Source: a virus
Virus record (IMG/VR): IMGVR_UViG_3300023174_000003
Span: 15,792 to 79,791 of that record
DNA: 64,000 bases
Strand: one strand, 5' to 3'
In this document: positions 37,563 to 45,158 of the stretch, piece by piece
Position numbering within the stretch: position 1 is the stretch's first letter
Layout of the letters: each line of letters starts with the position of its first letter
Position numbers and translations under genes: made by a program
Notes under the pieces: model-generated
What the model was told of the DNA's origin: nothing
Seen by the model: the letters and a program-made list of their open reading frames with translations, nothing else
The model's database searches: none

Positions 37563-37904
37563 TTATTTAAGTTGTTGTTTTCTGGTACGTGTACGTGGTA
37601 CCTTTGCTGGTGTAGCTACCGGCTCTGGTACATCTGCAACGTACTCTAGATTCCAGTTAGCAATAGTATCTATTGCATTAATAAACTTGCCACAATACTG
37701 TGTAAAGCTTATAACAAATTCTTCGCCGTGGTCAGCTTGCCACTGACGATAGGTCTTGATGCTCCACTGGACCACAGCAATGATTACTGCTGTGATAGTT
37801 ACCAGTGTCATAACAATGTTGTAGGCGACACGTCGCCAATTAACTTTCTGTATCTGTGTCAGTGCATCATCCACTGGTGGAAAGCTGTAGGTCATGTTAG
37901 TCAT
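37563..37904 (-). CDS. membrane-anchored hypothetical protein
   Basis: One transmembrane segment; likely start MTNMTYSF. Confidence 0.55.
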   Translation of the reverse strand: MTNMTYSFPPVDDALTQIQKVNWRRVAYNIVMTLVTITAVIIAVVQWSIKTYRQWQADHGEEFVISFTQYCGKFINAIDTIANWNLEYVADVPEPVATPAKVPRTRTRKQQLK

Positions 37905-38133
37905 GGTGAATCTCCTGTGGGTGTGATTGTAGTTGTGTGATGTCAATACCTGCGGCTGCCATTACGACAGTTGCAATAATAAATGTCATCAACACAAAGG
38001 TTGTGGCATCTAATACTTTGCCGAGCATTTTTGAGCTCAATACTTTTCTAAGCATTTTTAAGTGCATGATAGATTTGCGTTGGTACGAATCAAGTTCAAC
38101 GTAACGGCCTACAATTTTATGGTAGTTCTTCAT
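37897..38133 (-). CDS. hypothetical protein with C-terminal transmembrane segment
   Basis: Coupled ORF. Confidence 0.5.
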   Translation of the reverse strand: MKNYHKIVGRYVELDSYQRKSIMHLKMLRKVLSSKMLGKVLDATTFVLMTFIIATVVMAAAGIDITQLQSHPQEIHHD

Positions 38134-38327
38134 TACATTCCATATAGTATGTCACTGTCTTCGTCCTCGTTAATAAGCTCAAATTGAGACCACAAACGAT
38201 AAGTTTCTATAGTGTTTGCAATGCCGTGGGTGTGGCTTGCATATTTTCGTGCTTCATTTATATCGTTAAAACATGTATCAATGTTCTTGTCAACAGGGTG
38301 ATACACAATGTGAACGTAGTTAGCCAT
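38133..38327 (-). CDS. hypothetical protein
   Basis: Follows a family D leader. Confidence 0.55.
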   Translation of the reverse strand: MANYVHIVYHPVDKNIDTCFNDINEARKYASHTHGIANTIETYRLWSQFELINEDEDSDILYGM

Positions 38328-38354
38328 TAGATTCTCCGTTGTAGTTGTGAATGC

Positions 38355-38381
38355 CTGCGTTGTTAGGATGCGCAGCCCCCT
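38355..38381 (-). promoter_or_regulatory. leader element family D, copy 2
   Basis: AGGGGG-CTGCG-CATCCTAACAA-CGCAG. Confidence 0.6.
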
Positions 38382-38397
38382 CGTGTTAGATTAACTT

Positions 38398-38703
38398 GGG
38401 GTGAAGAAGAACCGTGTCAGCCCCTTCATACAAGGGAACCAGGATTTTTACGGTCTCTCCTGGTTGGTAACAGACGAGCTGTGCCACTGATCATGGGGCA
38501 GCTCCTCCCTTATCTTAATTCTTGCAGACATGTATAGGGTCAGGACGCAATAGTCCTTCAGCTCGTGCGGCGGGCGCCCTATGCCTGCTACAACTTTAGG
38601 TTCATCACGCCTAAAGAAGTTTGTTGGAACTCTTCTGAGTTCCTAGACGAGTCAACTCCTGGCCAGGAGGGTCAGCTGAACCCTCCAAAGCATAGCAGGT
38701 TTA
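38398..38703. ncRNA. candidate ~300-nt multi-domain structured RNA
   Basis: No ORF of 60 aa or more in the track; about nine stems, two multiloops and two possible loop-mediated pseudoknots. Confidence 0.6.
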
Positions 38704-38704
38704 A

Positions 38705-38959
38705 CTAATCTTCGATGCCATACTCCTGCTCATATTTAAGCAAGAGTGCGTTTCGGTCAACACACTTCTTGAGGAATTGTGCCAATGGATGCAAAGCATC
38801 CCACTCTAATGCACCGTCTTGCCACTGGAAGTACATCTCCAGTAGCTCGGTACGTTTCTGTTCAATAGACCAATCAACACAAGGGTGTTGAACAGTCGAG
38901 TCTCGCCTGGCAAGCAGACGTGCATCTTTTATGATGCGTTCAACCGTAGCACTGGTCAT
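38705..38959 (-). CDS. hypothetical protein
   Basis: MTSATVERIIKDARLLARRD; start follows a family B leader. Confidence 0.6.
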   Translation of the reverse strand: MTSATVERIIKDARLLARRDSTVQHPCVDWSIEQKRTELLEMYFQWQDGALEWDALHPLAQFLKKCVDRNALLLKYEQEYGIED

Positions 38960-38963
38960 GATT

Positions 38964-39040
38964 GTGAGTAAGCCACACTCAGTGTGTGGCAATAACTGGA
39001 CCAGGGTTTGCACCTGGTCACCCGCTTTAACGGATCAGCT
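38964..39040 (-). ncRNA. tRNA-like T-loop + pseudoknot element family B, copy 1
   Basis: AGCTG-ATCCGTTAAAGCGGGT-GACCAGG-TGCAAAC-CCTGGTC-CAGTT, then ATTGCCACACACTGAGTGTGGCTTACTCA. Confidence 0.6.
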
Positions 39041-39196
39041 TGCTTGACGCATCTCCACTAATAGCTCAACCAGTATCTGGTTGTAACTTTTACTAGATTC
39101 TTTGGAGTGATATTCTGCTATCACTTGTGCATCATCTAACTCTTTGTTGCTGAAGGTGCCCATAAACTTGAACAGTTGTTCGTAAGTAAGTGTCAT
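39035..39196 (-). CDS. 53-aa hypothetical protein
   Basis: MTLTYEQLFKFMGTFSNKELDDAQ..; bounded by family B elements. Confidence 0.55.
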   Translation of the reverse strand: MTLTYEQLFKFMGTFSNKELDDAQVIAEYHSKESSKSYNQILVELLVEMRQAS

Positions 39197-39205
39197 TAAA
39201 TTGAT

Positions 39206-39286
39206 GCTGTGCAGGTGCCCATCTCCTGCGGACTAGGCAATACTGAGTAGGGGATTCGATCCCCCGGCATCACGCCTGGTACTCAG
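39206..39286 (-). ncRNA. tRNA-like T-loop + pseudoknot element family B, copy 2
   Basis: CTGAGTA-CCA-GGCGTGATGCC-GGGGG-ATCGAAT-CCCC-TACTCAG, then TATTGCCTAGTCCGCAGGAGATGGGCACCTGC. Confidence 0.6.
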
Positions 39287-39453
39287 AACGGAATCTCATC
39301 AAACGACTCCACACATGAATCAGTAGCTGGATCATCAATGACCCAGCCTTCTTCCTCTGCTTCTGCTTCTAACACCCATTGAGGTGTGTTATTTGCTAAC
39401 CAGATATCATGAAGGAGTTGTTCTTGATGAATGTTGCTAGGTTGAATACGCAT
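39283..39453 (-). CDS. 56-aa acidic protein ending in SSB-tail-like FDEIPF
   Basis: MRIQPSNIHQEQLLHDIWLANNTPQWVLEAEAEEEGWVIDDPATDSCVESFDEIPF*. Confidence 0.6.
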   Translation of the reverse strand: MRIQPSNIHQEQLLHDIWLANNTPQWVLEAEAEEEGWVIDDPATDSCVESFDEIPF

Positions 39454-39463
39454 TTAACTGTGA

Positions 39464-39545
39464 GCTGTGCAGGTGCCCATCTCCTGCGGACTAGGCAATG
39501 ACTGTGGGAGGGTTTGCACCTCCCAACCCGCTTTAACGGATCAGC
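39464..39545 (-). ncRNA. tRNA-like T-loop + pseudoknot element family B, copy 3
   Basis: GCTG-ATCCGTTAAAGCGGGT-TGGGAGG-TGCAAAC-CCTCCCA-CAGT, then CATTGCCTAGTCCGCAGGAGATGGGCACCTGC. Confidence 0.6.
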
Positions 39546-39768
39546 AACCAAGCATCTCGTCCACGTAGGACTTGATGACTTGGAGTTGGTCTCGGTTAAG
39601 TGTCTGGCTACGGCCATACTCCAAAAGGTCAAGGACCTGGAGCATGACGCTTTCGCCAGCCTCTTCACGAGACGGTACGCCACACATGTCGAAGATCTCA
39701 TTACGAGACATCTCAGTGATGTCAACGCAATCGATCTTACGAACGGTGGCGATGGTGGTCTTAGTCAC
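39541..39768 (-). CDS. hypothetical protein
   Basis: 75 aa, GTG start, between family C and B elements. Confidence 0.6.
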   Translation of the reverse strand: MTKTTIATVRKIDCVDITEMSRNEIFDMCGVPSREEAGESVMLQVLDLLEYGRSQTLNRDQLQVIKSYVDEMLGC

Positions 39769-39788
39769 GGTGTTACTCCGTAGGTGAG

Positions 39789-39822
39789 CTTGGACTTACA
39801 CTGCTGAAGTGCAGCTGCCAAG
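39789..39822 (-). ncRNA. leader hairpin family C, copy 3
   Basis: CTTGG-CA-GCTGC/GCAGT-GTAAGT-CCAAG. Confidence 0.5.
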
Positions 39823-39847
39823 ATCGTGACTGACCACCGAGTTGTCT

Positions 39848-39872
39848 GCTGCGTTTAACGTCCAGCTCGACG
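39848..39872 (-). ncRNA. leader pseudoknot family A, divergent copy 8
   Basis: CGTC-GAGCTG-GACG-TTAAACG-CAGC. Confidence 0.5.
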
Positions 39873-40023
39873 CCTAATCTATTGGTGAATCTAGAACCTA
39901 ACTCTCGTACATGAACGAAAGCTACCGATTCTAGCACCACCTAACCTAGGATGATACGTATTCGTATTATAAATGTTACAATACGTGTTAATATCACCAC
40001 AGGTTAGTGGTGTGTGGCAACAG

Positions 40024-40293
40024 TCAGTTAACTTGCTTAGCACTGGCAATCGCTTTGCCATTCTTCACAAGTACTGATAACTTATACTCAGGCGAGCAGC
40101 TATCTTCTAGGCAATCACTTGGGTCGTAACACTCAACTGCAATTGCATTGTGGAGATCCACAAGCCATTGCTTAACGTTCGTATCAAACTGACCCAAGAC
40201 TTCAAGGTGAATGCTCACCTTCTTGCCTCTCATCAGATACTCTGCTGCCTGGTCGCAACGAGCAAAATACACTTCAGCTTGTGATAGTTGCAT
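40024..40293 (-). CDS. hypothetical protein, first gene of the early arm
   Basis: 89 aa, downstream of a family D leader. Confidence 0.6.
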   Translation of the reverse strand: MQLSQAEVYFARCDQAAEYLMRGKKVSIHLEVLGQFDTNVKQWLVDLHNAIAVECYDPSDCLEDSCSPEYKLSVLVKNGKAIASAKQVN

Positions 40294-40317
40294 GATTTGA
40301 ATGCGAGTGTGTACAAC

Positions 40318-40344
40318 CTGCGTTGCAAGGATGCGCAGCCCCCT
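40318..40344 (-). promoter_or_regulatory. leader element family D, copy 3
   Basis: AGGGGG-CTGCG-CATCCTTGCAA-CGCAG. Confidence 0.6.
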
Positions 40345-40352
40345 ATATATAC

Positions 40353-40377
40353 GAACTACCCCGTAGTTCTTTTTTTT
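40353..40377 (+). terminator. terminator-like hairpin
   Basis: GAACTAC-CCC-GTAGTTC-TTTTTTTT. Confidence 0.5.
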
Positions 40378-40496
40378 CTCCCCACATTCTGTTACTTGTG
40401 GGTGGTAGGAGAACAGTCAGAAAATTTGCACCCCAATTAAAGATTGTATAGGGTGTTTTTGTATGTAAAATCCCTACTTAGCCCAAAAATTTAGAC

Positions 40497-40526
40497 AAAA
40501 AAGCCGGGTTTAATCCCGGTGTTTTT
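40497..40526 (-). terminator. intrinsic terminator, possibly bidirectional
   Basis: CCGGG stem flanked by an A6 run and a T5 run, downstream of 40547-40759. Confidence 0.65.
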
Positions 40527-40546
40527 GTAAATTTTAAAAATATTTA

Positions 40547-40759
40547 TTATTGATTTTTACTTTGCTTATATTTTAGTGTTGCATTCATAGCTTTGTTGAA
40601 TGCCTCTTGATCTGGCAGCTCGTAAGCTAGGTGTTTCTTGGATTCTGTTACAAAATCACGTACCTCTAGAGAGTCATGACCTTTTTTAGCCATTTCTACA
40701 GCTTTATTTTTTATTGCCTCTAGTCCTTCTACTCTTTTTTGCCGTGTTCCAGCGTCCAT
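40547..40759 (-). CDS. hypothetical protein
   Basis: 70-aa helical ORF with its own terminator. Confidence 0.6.
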   Translation of the reverse strand: MDAGTRQKRVEGLEAIKNKAVEMAKKGHDSLEVRDFVTESKKHLAYELPDQEAFNKAMNATLKYKQSKNQ

Positions 40760-40850
40760 TTATAGGTAAAATTAGTTTCCTTCTTTTACTATAACCTAGA
40801 TTAATCAACATTAGAATATTTACAGAACAAAATTAAGACAATAAACTCTA

Positions 40851-43800
40851 ATGCCTCTTTCATCTACTGATTTTTACGCATATAGCCGTGCTACTGGGAC
40901 ACCTTACCCCGAAGATGCAGAAGAAAGAGCTGATTTAGCTCCTGAAGTTTACGAATATCGTCAAAATCAATTAAAAGGACAGGACGAAGGTTTTAATTTA
41001 ACAAATGCCCTGGGTGTTGGTGCAGCTTTGGCCGGTGTTGGCGCTGGTGGATATGCTTTATCTCGTGCTCTAGGACGCAAAGTACCTGCCACTGCAACAT
41101 CAACGTCTCGTGCAGCTAATGAAGGACTTGTTCGTACTAATCTTGACAGGGTTCGCACTGAACCTACTTTTAATCGGGTAGAAACAGAAGTTGTTAAACC
41201 CTCTAAAACAGTTGATACTACTCAAAATTTTACACCTAGGCAATATATTGAAAACCAAGGTGCTGTTGAACCAGATCCCTGGTACATAAAAACAAATAGA
41301 GTACGTTCTCCCAGAGCTCAAGTGGAGCGGCCCCAGGCGCAGCTCCTTCTTCCTGGGATGACAGAACTAGAAGAGTCTTTAGAAGGGTCTACGTATAGCA
41401 AGTACTTTACAAATAAACCTGCAGGATCAGTTGCTGCCATGGCAACACAATCAGCCAGGGAGCAAATAACAAAAGCAGAAGATCAATTAAATAGGACTAA
41501 CCCAGAATCAGAATCTTATATTTCAAGACTAAGGTCAATGCGAGAAACTAAATCAGAACAAGCTCAAGACCTAGCTAATAGTGTCCTCAGGGCTCTTCAA
41601 GCTGGAACAGAACAAGAACACTATGCTCTAGACACACGTCAAGAAGATGTTCTTGCTACACATTCACAAGAAGCCCTAGATAGAGCCAAACAAGGGATGC
41701 CTGCTCCTAAACCAGCAGCAATTTCAAAAGATTGGAGCAATAAGTTATTTAATCAAAATGGGATGCTTCGTGACGATGTCTTGTTAAATGTTATCGGTGA
41801 TGCCAACGTACTTCCTCTTGATATCTCAAAAGCATTATTAGAAAGCAGTTCTGTTAATCCCCGAGACAGCTTTAAAGGTAGACCCTACAAAAATATACAA
41901 CAAACCCAGGGAAGGTATGATCCTAAAGCAGTTTTTGCTGCTACAAAACATATTCGCGAAAATTTACTTACAGAAGATTATCAAGACACGATTAAAAACT
42001 ATTTGATTACTGGTAACATTCAACCATTGCAAAGTAGGGGTTTTGGTTATACCACTCAGAGTCCAACAAGAACTCAGTTATTGGTTATTTCTAAGGGAAA
42101 AGAAGGAGAACCTAAATTCCAAGCAAAAGTAGCTGCCCCAGCCCGTTATTCAAGAAGCGACCTGGAGCCATTGTTCCAAGATAAAACAACAGGAGAAATG
42201 GTTACAGCTCAGCAACTTGCTGCAAACGTAGCAAAATTTAATTCTGAAGCTGCGGAAGCAGGCACAGGTTATGGAGCTGAAATTGGACAAGCTGTTGCAT
42301 TTGTACCAAGGGAACCAATTGCCCCCTTTGGATCTCTGCCCGGAGTTTCAGCTAGTGGGCCAATAAAGAATAAAAATACTGGCGTAGATTATGCAATTGG
42401 AGGCATAAAAGAATACGGCTCTACACCTGGGGCAGAAGATTTTTCAGGTGCTAACCCGCTGCCAACGTATTCAACAACACAAGAATATTTAGATGCAGAG
42501 CACATAGGCGTAACTAAATATGGAAAATTATATGCCAAAGTTAAACCTGTTTCTTTAAGCACTAGCCCATATAGCAATAGGATGAATATGGATTATGGAA
42601 ATATTTTTCATAAAAATCCAATAAGCGGACAACCCTGGTCCAGTGAACAAGATGTTGCACAATTTGTGCATAACATGCATTCTAATTTTAATGCTAAAGT
42701 AGCCACTGCTTCTGAACGTCAATATGGCACAGATCTTTTTCATGAGCCCTTCTTGGTTACTTTACATGGCACAGACGAAAAAGGAAGAACGCGTCAAACT
42801 TTATTAGATCCTTATGAGCCAGTAGGATCTCAAGGAACACTAGCGTCTCAGATGCAAGACGCATTATTACAAAAAGGTATTATTCAAGAAGTACATACGG
42901 AAGAAGGTGCATCTTATCTCAGGCAAGCAAGATATGATGTTCCAATTCCAGAAGGGGAAAGAACGCCCGTTTTAGGTTTTGGCGACATTGGAAAACATCA
43001 ACAAACAATAGGAAAAGGAACAGCAAATCATTATGAATATCTGCAAAATGTGCAAGATTTATATGAAAGACAAACAGGTAATAAATTAGCAGACATTCAA
43101 GTTGCTCTTGACCTGGCCAAGACAAACGCAGGCCCTTACCTTGGTGGACCGTCTTCTAATCCATTCTTGAATCGGGCTCTTACCACTGCCAATACTCTTA
43201 CTCAGATATCTGAACCTACTCGTTTACGGATGCGTGAACCAGGCCAGGGAGAGTCTGCAGCAGAACGTTATGGTGTTGGCACAAGAGCAATGACTCCCCC
43301 ATCTGAAGCTGAAAGAGCAGCAACTGCAGCAAGAGAGTCTAGAACACTTTCTTTCCTGGAACAAAATCCCGAAATGATGGCTCGGCTGTATCCAGAAAAA
43401 ACAGCTGGTCTCGCGGCAAAACAACAACTTGCAAAACGACAAGGTCAAAAAGTTGCCCCCGCTAATGAATGGGCTGATACACGTAATGTTTCTGCATCAG
43501 AAGCCCAAGCTTTATATGAAGGATCAAAAGGCCTTTCAGAATATGAAGAATCACAAATCTATCCTGAAGCAACAGCACGTCCAGAGGAACCAGTTGAAAG
43601 GCGTCAACAAACATATACTCCTGCTTTTGAAGACATAGCTGTTCAGGGTCCAGGCCTTTCTTTGACACGAGCTGAAGCAAAAGCTGTACAACGCCCCGGT
43701 GGTGACTTGAGCCAACAGATTCAAGGACGCGCCCTGGAGCAAGCACGTGAACGTGGACGCATGGCAAGAGCAGCAGCCCTTTCTCCCGCTGGTACTGTTG

Positions 43801-44246
43801 AAAGAGGAGCATTAAGAGTTTCCCCTGGAACGTACTTAGAAACAGGATTAGGTGGATTAACTGAATCTGAAGTTATCAGTCGTTATGGACGCACCTCAAG
43901 TCAATTAGCACAAGAAGCAAATCGAGCAATGTATCAAGCTGCAAGACAGCAAGGATTACCGTCAATGCCTGCTAGTATAAGAACACAAGTTCCAAGACCA
44001 GGTATGAATAGTCCTACAGGTGGAGTAACTCAACCGTTTATTCCAGGTATTCTAGAAACAAGTCCCAAAATTACTCCTGGTTACGCTGATGAGCTTGCAT
44101 CATATATGGCAAAACGTGCTCCATCAAGAATGGAACAAAGCATTAGGCAAAATGTAGCTCAATCAAAACAAGCACGTCTTGCATCTGATTTCCCTAATGC
44201 ATTTAAAGCTGCAATACAAAAACAATTAAGATTACCAATCTTTTGA
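40851..44246 (+). CDS. large probable internal virion protein
   Basis: 1131 aa; first gene of the structural arm; N-terminal DFYAYSRATG and a GxxxG segment. Confidence 0.6.
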   Translation: MPLSSTDFYAYSRATGTPYPEDAEERADLAPEVYEYRQNQLKGQDEGFNLTNALGVGAALAGVGAGGYALSRALGRKVPATATSTSRAANEGLVRTNLDRVRTEPTFNRVETEVVKPSKTVDTTQNFTPRQYIENQGAVEPDPWYIKTNRVRSPRAQVERPQAQLLLPGMTELEESLEGSTYSKYFTNKPAGSVAAMATQSAREQITKAEDQLNRTNPESESYISRLRSMRETKSEQAQDLANSVLRALQAGTEQEHYALDTRQEDVLATHSQEALDRAKQGMPAPKPAAISKDWSNKLFNQNGMLRDDVLLNVIGDANVLPLDISKALLESSSVNPRDSFKGRPYKNIQQTQGRYDPKAVFAATKHIRENLLTEDYQDTIKNYLITGNIQPLQSRGFGYTTQSPTRTQLLVISKGKEGEPKFQAKVAAPARYSRSDLEPLFQDKTTGEMVTAQQLAANVAKFNSEAAEAGTGYGAEIGQAVAFVPREPIAPFGSLPGVSASGPIKNKNTGVDYAIGGIKEYGSTPGAEDFSGANPLPTYSTTQEYLDAEHIGVTKYGKLYAKVKPVSLSTSPYSNRMNMDYGNIFHKNPISGQPWSSEQDVAQFVHNMHSNFNAKVATASERQYGTDLFHEPFLVTLHGTDEKGRTRQTLLDPYEPVGSQGTLASQMQDALLQKGIIQEVHTEEGASYLRQARYDVPIPEGERTPVLGFGDIGKHQQTIGKGTANHYEYLQNVQDLYERQTGNKLADIQVALDLAKTNAGPYLGGPSSNPFLNRALTTANTLTQISEPTRLRMREPGQGESAAERYGVGTRAMTPPSEAERAATAARESRTLSFLEQNPEMMARLYPEKTAGLAAKQQLAKRQGQKVAPANEWADTRNVSASEAQALYEGSKGLSEYEESQIYPEATARPEEPVERRQQTYTPAFEDIAVQGPGLSLTRAEAKAVQRPGGDLSQQIQGRALEQARERGRMARAAALSPAGTVERGALRVSPGTYLETGLGGLTESEVISRYGRTSSQLAQEANRAMYQAARQQGLPSMPASIRTQVPRPGMNSPTGGVTQPFIPGILETSPKITPGYADELASYMAKRAPSRMEQSIRQNVAQSKQARLASDFPNAFKAAIQKQLRLPIF

Positions 44247-44268
44247 TTTATAATAAAAAATAAACGTT

Positions 44269-44487
44269 ATGGCCGAAAAAAAGAAAAAAGATAAAAAGTT
44301 TATCCAAAATATGGATATGAAAGAAGGTGCGTTTACGGCCAAGGCCAAGAAACGTGGCATTACAACTGCTCAACTCCAAGAGAATGTATTGTCTGAGCCT
44401 GATAAGTATGATGAAAAAACAGTGAAACAAGCTAATTTACGTAAAACCCTGGTAAGCTTACACAAAGATAAAAAGAGTAAAGGTTAA
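44269..44487 (+). CDS. small basic virion-region protein
   Basis: KFIQNMDMKEGAFTAKAKKRG..KQANLRKTL. Confidence 0.65.
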   Translation: MAEKKKKDKKFIQNMDMKEGAFTAKAKKRGITTAQLQENVLSEPDKYDEKTVKQANLRKTLVSLHKDKKSKG

Positions 44488-44490
44488 GCA

Positions 44491-45126
44491 ATGGCTAAAG
44501 ACGCACGGCTTGACCTTGGTCGTTACATTACAAACCCTTTTAATCGCAACGGGTTTTCTAATAAGAAATTATCTTTTGATGATTTATTTTCAAGCAAGCC
44601 AGAAAGTGGTAACCCACCGTGGGTGCCTTCACGATTTAACGAAAAAGATTTGTTAAATCGTGTAATGACAAAGAAACTTAATTTGAATCCTGATTTAAAT
44701 TTTGTTTCTAACTCACCGTTTTTTGATGATAATTCAAAAACAAACGAACATTACGATATGTTCGGTCTGGGTACTTTTAATCGTCCTGATGATTATGATT
44801 TCAATGAGGGACGCGCCCTTACAGCGCAACGCCCACAAGAGCAACCTGATTTTAATCCTAAATGGGTAGAAGCATATAAATTAAGTCCCACACTTAACCC
44901 ACAAAAAGCAGCTAAGAATCCAATGCCTCGGATGAGAAATCCAGATCCTCATGGATTCCTTATGGCAACTGCAGAGAACCAAGCTAAATCTGAAGTAGAA
45001 AATACACCAAGTGTTGCTGATCTATTAAAAAGAAAAGAAGAAGTTACAAAAGATCAAGAAGAAGCACAAGGCACTAAAATTCCAACAGAAGAACAAAAAC
45101 AACCAATAGCTCCTACCCAGGTTTAA
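44491..45126 (+). CDS. hypothetical protein
   Basis: 211-aa ORF in the operon. Confidence 0.65.
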   Translation: MAKDARLDLGRYITNPFNRNGFSNKKLSFDDLFSSKPESGNPPWVPSRFNEKDLLNRVMTKKLNLNPDLNFVSNSPFFDDNSKTNEHYDMFGLGTFNRPDDYDFNEGRALTAQRPQEQPDFNPKWVEAYKLSPTLNPQKAAKNPMPRMRNPDPHGFLMATAENQAKSEVENTPSVADLLKRKEEVTKDQEEAQGTKIPTEEQKQPIAPTQV

Positions 45127-45158
45127 GTCAAATATAATAAAGATAAAGTAATACTAAT

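Noticed and set aside
39206-39286. Possible true tRNA gene
   Set aside because: No anticodon arm and no CCA; reported only as tRNA-like
21046-39872. Repeats considered as a CRISPR array or integron attC sites
   Set aside because: Spacing is gene-sized and irregular, no cas or integrase gene is in the window, and there are no attC-type RYYYAAC/GTTRRRY ends with long stems
39955-39990. GTA-N10-TAC near a TATAAT, considered as an NtcA box
   Set aside because: Spacing does not match GTA-N8-TAC
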